Below are positions 1 through 7,500 of a stretch of DNA of 12,364 bases, in pieces. The notes under the pieces were generated by a model. It made no database searches. It worked only from the letters and a program-made list of their open reading frames with translations, and had not been told where the DNA came from. Each line of letters starts with the position of its first letter. Position 1 is the first letter of the stretch. The DNA is from Pseudomonadota bacterium (GTDB taxonomy: Bacteria > Bdellovibrionota > FAC87 > UBA2466): the NCBI GenBank assembly GCA_043718025.1, contig JAYSWN010000072.1, forward strand, positions 1-12,364, in the 5' to 3' direction. Made by a program: the position numbers and the translations under genes.

Positions 1-1
1 T

Positions 2-313
2 AGCGGCCTCGCTCTAAAGGTTCCGGCGGGTTCAGTACAGCGATTTGAAATGGGCGTGGTGCGGCGGCGAAGCGAGCAGAGCGTGTTGATGACGGCCTAT
101 GGGGCGGATGGAACGACGCTAATGCGGCAGTGTACAGTTCCCGCGACGTCATTGTTGTCTGGTGGCCACGAAACTACGGTGTGCGAGTTTGTATTCGCCG
201 AAAATAAATTGTTGCAACAGATCTTGTTAAGCTCAGCACTGCCGGTAACGATCTTAAGTCCTATCATCGTGCAACGGCCAGTGGATGAAGATGGCCCGGT
301 CGCCAGTCGATAA
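2..313 (+). CDS. Partial CDS (5'-truncated by the window edge), C-terminus of an unknown protein
   Basis: The frame of the 50..313 ORF is open back to position 2 (SGLALKVPAGSVQRFE-MGVV...) and ends at TAA 311-313, 7 nt from the convergent stop at 321. No recognisable motif. Confidence 0.6.
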   Translation, partial: SGLALKVPAGSVQRFEMGVVRRRSEQSVLMTAYGADGTTLMRQCTVPATSLLSGGHETTVCEFVFAENKLLQQILLSSALPVTILSPIIVQRPVDEDGPVASR

Positions 314-320
314 TTAGCCA

Positions 321-2240
321 CTATTCAAATACGCGAAGGTGTCCAAAGGCCATGGGAAAAGCATTAAACTGGGGACGAATGGCAATGGCATCGAATCCCG
401 CGGTTTGGGCCGGCCGTGGAATTTGAATCGTTCGAGTTAAGATTCCCAATCCTGCGGCCGCTGGTAGCGGGGCGATTCCCACTTCCTGGTCCCCTTTGAG
501 AAAGACCAGCGTTGCATTTTTTGAGCGATCCGCGCTCAACTCGACCCTAGGCGCGTGCGATAGTGAACCCATTTCGATGAGCAGGCCGTTTTGTCCCATT
601 GGGGTGAGGCCCGAAGCATTGCTAGCGGCGCTATCCCGTACCACGGCTTGAGTCTCCGCCAGCCGAACCGAATGGCCTCCGTAGCGGTAGCGTCTTTTGT
701 CGACTAGCTGATCGTAGCGACCCAAGTTCATACTTAAAATGGCGCCCCACCTCGCTTTTGTGAAGAGATCGCCGCGGGTGATGAGCATCACTTTTTCCCA
801 GAAAACACCGAGCGCAGGATCTTTGAGCCAATTTTTTCCCGCCAGGGCCGACTCAGGGTAGCCCTCGGGAACTTCCCGCTTAAAATGTCCAATTCGCCAA
901 GTCGCGTTGTACGAGGCCGGTAATCGAGACAGCAGTGGATCGGCCAGCGAGTGCAAGTCAATAAAGTGCGCCTCTGGCCCCGCCTGGAAACCACCCAAGC
1001 CAATCAGCGTGGTGGCAACTACGCGACGGCCTCCAGAGGGAGCAGCAACTCGCAGATCGTTTCGTGAGAGTGTGGTTAAGCCGAAATAAGGCACGTACCA
1101 CGCACGCTCGTCGGCGATCCCCGCCTTTTCAAGTTTATGGCGACTTGAACTTGCCGTGAGTTGCGACCCGTTTGTGCGCAGTCCCAGCGCAATGAGCAAA
1201 CCAGCGGCAGTTATTATCGTGGCCAGTGATTTTCGCCGTTCCAGCTTAAGTGAGAGCAAAGCGAACGTTGAAGACAGCACGGTCGTCGAAAAAAATCGGC
1301 CGGCCATAAAATCTCCGCCGACCCACAACACGTAGATTAGGTGAGAAAGAATTCCGAACGTAAGGGCTAAAGTCTTCGGATTACGAAACAACAATCCCGT
1401 GGCGACGGCGGTGAAAATTACGATCACGCCCAGCGGATCAAACCTCGCAAAATTAATAAAATAGAGCAGTCCCTGACCAAGGTATTCGCCGCGATTAATT
1501 CCGGTAAGCACTTTAGCGTAGTACGGCCCGGGCAAAAAATTTCCATAGTAGACCAGGGCGAAGAGTTCCCAGGCGAAAAGGGGCGACAGTCCCAAAGCGA
1601 GCCATCCAAAAAAGTTCGGACTACCCCGATGCTTCCACAGCCCGTAGCCCAGCGGCGGCAAGAGCAGCCACAGGTTATCGAGCCGATTCACCAAGGCGAG
1701 CGAAAAAAAGAGGGTGAGCGCAAAAACCTGGTGCGGTTTTTCGGTAGGGCTAAGAAGGCGTTCTACGAATTTTGCAATTAAGAAATAAGAAAGTGCGGTT
1801 TCAAGCCCACCGGCTCCATGCTCGGTGACGGCGCGAGAAAAGAGAAGCGCCGAGGCGGCAACCAGGGCGGCTAGCGGCCCGCGGGCGATTTGTCGGGTCG
1901 CCACAAAGAGAGTTCCCATCCAGAAAAAAAAGGAGATGGCGAGCGTCGTATAAAACGGTTCGCGGGTGATGGAGTAGGCAACGGTGAGCAATAAGACCCA
2001 CAGCGGATTGGTAAAGGCTTGAACCCGCTCGGCCACGTTCCATCTTAACCCGTAGCCATTTACAAAGTTATCGACCACCCGAAGGCAGATAAAAGCATCG
2101 TCTCCCATCCACGCTAAGCGCACAAAAACGATAAGCCCCACGGCCATGGTGGTGGCCACTACCGCGCGATGGCGGATGGCGAGCGAAAGCCCCCTTGTTC
2201 GGTCTGCAAACAAAAGAAAAGGGGACCGAACGTTTTCCAT
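321..2240 (-). CDS. AftB-like (arabinofuranosyltransferase-family, GT-C fold) polytopic membrane glycosyltransferase with an extra C-terminal soluble domain
   Basis: 639 aa with many hydrophobic segments. First-loop motif WMGDDAFICLRVVDNFVNGYGLRWNVAERVQAFTNPLW (DD at aa 47-48), plus YYGNFLPGPYYAK, VGGDFMAGRF and IDLHSLADPLLSRLP...WRIGHF, all resembling AftB-family motifs. Sugar specificity cannot be read from sequence. Confidence 0.8.
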   Translation of the reverse strand: MENVRSPFLLFADRTRGLSLAIRHRAVVATTMAVGLIVFVRLAWMGDDAFICLRVVDNFVNGYGLRWNVAERVQAFTNPLWVLLLTVAYSITREPFYTTLAISFFFWMGTLFVATRQIARGPLAALVAASALLFSRAVTEHGAGGLETALSYFLIAKFVERLLSPTEKPHQVFALTLFFSLALVNRLDNLWLLLPPLGYGLWKHRGSPNFFGWLALGLSPLFAWELFALVYYGNFLPGPYYAKVLTGINRGEYLGQGLLYFINFARFDPLGVIVIFTAVATGLLFRNPKTLALTFGILSHLIYVLWVGGDFMAGRFFSTTVLSSTFALLSLKLERRKSLATIITAAGLLIALGLRTNGSQLTASSSRHKLEKAGIADERAWYVPYFGLTTLSRNDLRVAAPSGGRRVVATTLIGLGGFQAGPEAHFIDLHSLADPLLSRLPASYNATWRIGHFKREVPEGYPESALAGKNWLKDPALGVFWEKVMLITRGDLFTKARWGAILSMNLGRYDQLVDKRRYRYGGHSVRLAETQAVVRDSAASNASGLTPMGQNGLLIEMGSLSHAPRVELSADRSKNATLVFLKGDQEVGIAPLPAAAGLGILTRTIQIPRPAQTAGFDAIAIRPQFNAFPMAFGHLRVFE

Positions 2241-2270
2241 AGTGATTTTTTTTAACCTTGAGGCTCTCGC

Positions 2271-2299
2271 ATTTTAGCCAGCTTTCGTAGGGCGTTCAA
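2271..2299 (-). promoter_or_regulatory. Putative sigma70-type promoter of the AftB-like gene
   Basis: Minus strand reads TTGAAC (2299-2294), a 17-nt spacer, then TAAAAT (2276-2271), ending 30 nt upstream of the ATG at 2240. Confidence 0.6.
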
Positions 2300-2382
2300 G
2301 CCGCGCGCCCGAAGCAAGCTGTCCAGCAATGATACCCCTGGCCTACCCATTTTTTAGTTAGCGTGCTTCCATCGCCCCTACG

Positions 2383-3561
2383 ATGAGTTTAGTCATAGTT
2401 CAGCCGCACCGCTCTGCAGTTAGCGAAACTTTTATCCGCGCCCACACCCGGCTGCCGACTGCGACTACGGTATTGCACGGGTTTCCCGCTGAGTACGTGG
2501 ATGGCCCCATCCTCAGCTCAAACTTTGGCGCGCGAGCCCTGCGCCGGATAGATCGGATGCTGAGTGGAAAAGGGGCGCAGTGGGAAATGACTCGCTCGCT
2601 TCTCATCGCCTTGAAAGACTGTAAGGCCGAAGCCGTACTCGCCGAATACGGCACCACCGGCGCCCACGCGGCCGAAGCCTGCCACATTTCAGGCGTGCCA
2701 CTCATCGTTCACTTTCACGGCTACGACGCCAGCCACACGCCAACGCTTCGCCACTATGGCGAGCGGTACCGGCAAACATTTTTAGTGGCTAAAGCCTTGG
2801 TCGTGGTCTCGCGCCCGATGCAGCAAGCACTTTTAGACTTGGGGGCGCCGGCCGATAAGATTCATTTTTGTCCTTACGGCGTCGATACCGATTTCTTTTC
2901 GCCACCACCGAGTCCGGAACTTAGGCCACCTACGACGGCGCCACTTTTTATCGCGGTGGGACGCCTCGTAGAAAAAAAGGCACCGCACTTACTGCTGCTG
3001 GCCTTTGCTAATGTGCTGGCCCAGTTTCCGAAGGCGCGATTGCAAATTATAGGTGACGGGCCGTTGCGCGGTGTTTGTCGGGATTTAGTGCCCGCCTTGG
3101 CGATGGAACATGCGGTTACCTTTCTTGGTGAGCGGTCGCCGCAGCAGGTGCGCGATGCGCTTCGCGGCGCCCAAGTTTTTGTGCAGCACTCAGTGACCGC
3201 GTTTGATGGCGATAGCGAGGGCACTCCGGTTGCCATTCTCGAGGCCAGCGCCAGTGGTCTGCCGGTAGTCTCTACGCACCACGCCGGAATTTCTGAAGCG
3301 GTAATTGAGGGGGCGACGGGTTTTTTGGTCGAGCCCGGAAATAGCCAGGCCATGGCCGAACGGATGACGTTTTTATGCCGCGATTCGGCGGCGGCCCAAA
3401 GGCTGGGCGCTAACGGCCGCCAACACGTTCTGGCTAATTACGCGCAAGGGCCGCAGCTTGCCCAACTTTGGTCGGTCATCCACCAAGCCATTGAGGCCGC
3501 AAAGCAGGCGAAAAGTGTCACCGCTCTGCATCAGAGTTTGGTAATGGTTCCGGTGGGTTAA
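2383..3561 (+). CDS. Glycosyltransferase family 4 (GT-B), WcaL/AmsK-like
   Basis: 392 aa. N-terminal SETFI, VHFHGYD, VGRLVEKK, IIGDGPL, and the retaining-GT EX7E motif GDSEGTPVAILEASASGLPVVST (E codons at 3217 and 3241), followed by HAGISEAVIEGATGFLV. Confidence 0.9.
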   Translation: MSLVIVQPHRSAVSETFIRAHTRLPTATTVLHGFPAEYVDGPILSSNFGARALRRIDRMLSGKGAQWEMTRSLLIALKDCKAEAVLAEYGTTGAHAAEACHISGVPLIVHFHGYDASHTPTLRHYGERYRQTFLVAKALVVVSRPMQQALLDLGAPADKIHFCPYGVDTDFFSPPPSPELRPPTTAPLFIAVGRLVEKKAPHLLLLAFANVLAQFPKARLQIIGDGPLRGVCRDLVPALAMEHAVTFLGERSPQQVRDALRGAQVFVQHSVTAFDGDSEGTPVAILEASASGLPVVSTHHAGISEAVIEGATGFLVEPGNSQAMAERMTFLCRDSAAAQRLGANGRQHVLANYAQGPQLAQLWSVIHQAIEAAKQAKSVTALHQSLVMVPVG

Positions 3562-3654
3562 TCGTCACGCGACGGCGCCCCACCGCGTCTTCGTTTCATT
3601 AGATCTATTTTTGCGTTTGTGCTAGTTTCACGCCCAATTTTCTTTGCATCCTTT

Positions 3655-3659
3655 AGAGG
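3655..3659 (+). promoter_or_regulatory. Shine-Dalgarno (AGAGG) for the MFP gene
   Basis: AGAGG lies 5 nt before the ATG at 3665, which favours this start over the TTG at 3644. Confidence 0.55.
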
Positions 3660-3664
3660 CTCCC

Positions 3665-4537
3665 ATGAATTTATGGTTCTCCCTATTTTTGATCTTAACG
3701 CCGTGGAGCGGTGCCTTCGCTGCCATCGAAAAGCCCGGTCCTCCTTTGGTTTTCGTGGAGAAGATGAAATCTGCGGCACTGCATGACGAACTTACTTATC
3801 CCGCGCGTTTAGTTTCTAAAACCTCGGCCGCACTGCTTGCCGAAACCGACGGGGTGGTTAGAAAAATTTCGGCGCCGTTGGGCCGTGCGGTGAAGCGCGA
3901 AGAGACCGTGCTAACCATCGCCAATACCGATCCCATTTACGAATACGCCCCGATGGCGGTTCGTAGTCCCGTAGCCGGCGTGGTGAGCTCGGTTGAGGTT
4001 ACCGAAGGTAGCCGGGTGGCAAAGGGGCAACGGCTCGCTTCGGTTACCGATCCGGCGCAAGTAAAAATTTTGGTCGAAGTGGCCGCGGCCGATCTGTTTG
4101 CCATCACGCGCGGACTATCCGGCGAACTTTCCGTAAATTCGCAAGTGAAACCAATCAACGTCACCGTGATTGGCATGAGCCCCTTTGTTGATCCGGGCAC
4201 GGGTACCGCCACGGTAGAGCTTTCACTCGTTGATACCAAGAGCAAAGTTCCGCTGCCGCCGGGGCTGGTGGGCAAGGTCAGTTTTAAAGTGCGTGAGCAT
4301 CAGGGGCTACAGCTTCCTGAAAGTGCGGTGGTCTACCGCGGCCGTCTGCCGGCGGTGCGGGTGGTTGAAAGCGGTAAGGCCCGCTACGCCCCGGTTACGC
4401 TGGGGCCTTCGCGCCAGGGGCTGGTCGAGATTTCGCAGGGAGTGAAAGAAGGGGCCGAGGTTATCTTACGATCGAGCGCCTTCGTGGCCGAAGGCGAAGA
4501 GGTAAAAGTTCAACCTGCCGAAGGGCCTAAATCTTGA
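3665..4537 (+). CDS. RND efflux periplasmic adaptor subunit (membrane fusion protein), lacking the alpha-helical hairpin
   Basis: 290 aa from ATG 3665. Signal-like N-terminus (...SGAFA/A), lipoyl halves ETDGVVRKI...G.AVKREE.VL.I and VRSPVAGVVSSVEVTEGSRVAKGQRL, beta-barrel SPFVDPGTGT and LPPGL, membrane-proximal LPESAV...VTLG...VEISQGVKEG. Its stop overlaps the RND start (TTGA). Confidence 0.9.
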   Translation: MNLWFSLFLILTPWSGAFAAIEKPGPPLVFVEKMKSAALHDELTYPARLVSKTSAALLAETDGVVRKISAPLGRAVKREETVLTIANTDPIYEYAPMAVRSPVAGVVSSVEVTEGSRVAKGQRLASVTDPAQVKILVEVAAADLFAITRGLSGELSVNSQVKPINVTVIGMSPFVDPGTGTATVELSLVDTKSKVPLPPGLVGKVSFKVREHQGLQLPESAVVYRGRLPAVRVVESGKARYAPVTLGPSRQGLVEISQGVKEGAEVILRSSAFVAEGEEVKVQPAEGPKS

Positions 4538-7500
4538 GCAAACTCTACTCGTCACCCCTCAGGGTCTATTTGATGCTGGGCTTTTTGGGTCTGCTGGGAA
4601 TCTACGCCGGATTCAATCTGCCGGTATCGCTGTTTCCCAACAGTTCAAAGCCGGTGGTGTGGTTCAGCATTCCTTACGGCAACCTGACCAGCGAAGAGTT
4701 TTTAAACACCCATGGCAAGGCCATAGAAAATCAGGTTCGTGGCATTACCGTCGACAAGGCGGAGGTTGAGGTCATTCAGGCGTTTTACGGAAGGCATAGC
4801 GCCGAATTCGAAGTATTTTTTAAATGGGGAGCCATTCCCAATACCGCGCTCAAAGAGGTGCAGACGCTGGTCAACTCGTACGTTGCGCGTTTGTCCGATG
4901 AGTCGCGCGATGGCTTAAGGCTCTGGCTCAATAACGAGAACTCCGGTTTTTTTGCGGTTAGCTTTTTTAGTGAAACGCGCGATCTCGACGATCTCTATGA
5001 TTATTTAGAGCCCTTAATTGGCCCCAAAATAGCAAAAGTGAAAGACGCCCAAGACCCCGTACTGTGGAATCCTTCGAGCAAAGAGGTGCGGGTAGAGTTT
5101 AATCCCAACACCATGGCGGCCTTGGGGCTGTTTCCGCGCGACGTTGACCAAGCCATTGCCACGTCACTCGGTGGCCGCAACGGTGGTGCCCTCACCATTG
5201 GAAATTCTCGTCTGCAAGTGGAGATGCCGCGGCAACTTCAAAAGGCCGAAGACTTAAAGCACGTGCCAATTATTTCCCCGGCCGGCCGCATGGTTCATTT
5301 AGGCGATTTCGCCCACATTAGCGTTGGCCCCAAAACCCAAGACTCAAAGAGTTTCAAAACCAACGGCGCCCCGAGTTTGATCCTATTCGCCACCCCGCGC
5401 CCCGGCGGCAACGTAAAACGCATGTCGGAAGAGCTGCTTCAGGTGGTGACCGAGCTGATGCCCACTTTGCCCAAAGACATTCAATACCGGGTACTGGTTG
5501 ACCCCTCCGAGTTCATCCGGTCGGCGGTTGAAAATGTGTTTCACGAAGTGGCGATTGCCGCGTTGCTGGCGGTGTTCATTCTTTTCTTGTTCATCGGTAG
5601 CGTGCGCAACGTGATTACGGCGGCCATCGAGATTCCGCTGAGCATGATCTTGGCCTTTATTCTCATGCGTTGGACCGGAATGAATTTGAATCTGATTTCG
5701 CTGGGCGGCTTGGCCCTTTCGGCCGGCATGAACGTAGATGGTTCGGTGGTGGTGATGGAAAACATTTTTCGTCATTTCGAACTTGAGCCCGGTCCGCACG
5801 ATGCGCCGTCGCGCCTGCGCCTGGTGATGAAAGCGGTCAGCGAAGTTCGTTTCCCGATCATCGCATCCACGATTGCGTCGTTGGTGGTCTTTTTGCCGTT
5901 AACCCTAACCTCGGATTTGAGTTACGCCATTTTAGGTGACCTTGCCTACGCCGTGGTCTTTTCGCACGGTTTTTCGGCGATCGTCGCTTTGCTGCTCGTG
6001 CCCACCGTGCGCTTGCACCTGATGCAATCGGGTAAAGACGTTGGCCATTCGCACTCGCCGATCGAAAAACAGCTTAAAGGGCTGGAGAGTTGGTACGGCC
6101 GGACGCTCGGCAGGTTTTTGCTTGCTCCCAAGTTTCGTCTCGGCAGTTACGCGGGCCTTTCGTTGGCGCTCGTGTTGCTAGTGCTGCTGGTGATTCCTCG
6201 TCTGCCAAAAGAGATCGTAGGGGTGCCCGATACTGACTGGATGGTGCTTTCGATCAACACCGAGGGCAACACCCTGGTAAAGCAGATGGAAGTGCAGACC
6301 GAGGAGATCGAAAAGCAGCTGCTAACCGAGTTTGGCTCTAAGGTCCGTTACACTTTCAGCCAAGTGCGCGATCCCAACCGCGGCAACTTGATGGCGCGGC
6401 TAAAAAACAAAGGCGAAATGCGCGAGGTGTGGAAGGCCCTGGAGAAGCGCTTTACCAACACGCCTCTACTTCGTTTTTGGGTCGGGCCGTGGAACCCCAG
6501 CGAACTTCCTATTCCTAACCCTCCCGACATGCGAATTGCGGTGCGCGGAGGTACGTTGCTTGATCGGGCTAGTGTGGCCAAAGAGATTAACGATTTGATG
6601 GAGGAGAAAAAAGTTTTTCCGCGTATCGAAATGCAGCCGAAAGCTGACATGACCTTCTCGTTAGTGCTGTCGCCGTACAACGAACAGTGGGAAAGTTTGC
6701 GGCAGCAGGGGGCCCGATTTAGCGCCGGCGATCTCGCCGACTTGGTTCGTGTCGCCACGCAAGGGCGGCGTACTGCCTATTTGCCCTTGAAAGATCGTCA
6801 GACCGAGATCGTTTTTCAGTTTCCGCAAAATTATGCCACCTCCGTCGAAGACGTGGCGGCACTACCGGTTGGGGTCAGTTCTAAAATTATTCCGCTGAAA
6901 GCCTTAGCGAGGGTCGAACGGCAAGAGGCCCTTCCCTCGTTATTCAGAGAAGACCAGCGCGAGCTTTTTGTGGTTAAGGGGCGAGTCCCGAGCAACGAAC
7001 TTAAGAAAGATACGGCCCCTTACCTGGCAAAGGCCAAGCTCGCGGTCGCGGAGTGGGAAAGCAAAAGACCTAAACCGGTACCCGGAGCGGTAGCCCCTAC
7101 GGTAACCTTCGAAGAGGCTTCAACCGAGCTGAAGGACGCTATCCATCAACTGTCGGTGGCGTTGGCGCTTTCGGTGGTGCTGATCTTTTTGACCATGCTG
7201 TTTCAGTTCGGCAGCTTTGCCGAGCCCTTGCTGGTGTTGGTATCTATTCCGCTCGGGTTTATCGGGGTGTTGATTTCGCTCTTTGTTTTTGGCAGCACGC
7301 TTTCGTTGAATTCGATCTTGGGCGTGATTCTACTCAATGGGATTTCGGTGGCGAACAGCATTATTCTCGTTGATTTCATCAAACGACTGGTGGATTCGGG
7401 CATGAGTCCAAAGGAGGCAGCGATTGAAGCCGCCCAAAAACGGTTGCGCCCTATTTTGATCACTTCGCTCACTACCGTGTTGGGCATGCTGCCGGTTGCC

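Noticed and set aside
3562..3654. Terminator after the GT4 gene, or promoter for the pump operon (TGcTAGTTT at 3620-3628)
   Set aside because: The GC-rich stem at ~3571-3589 is imperfect and has no clean U-tract. The extended -10 candidate has only a poor -35, so it is too weak to call.
6241..6531. Met570/Met620/Met666 in the RND porter domain numerically resemble the CusA Cu/Ag-binding triad M573/M623/M672
   Set aside because: By-eye local motif alignment puts each Met several residues away from the CusA ligand positions, on ordinary hydrophobic strand positions, so CusA-type specificity is not claimed.
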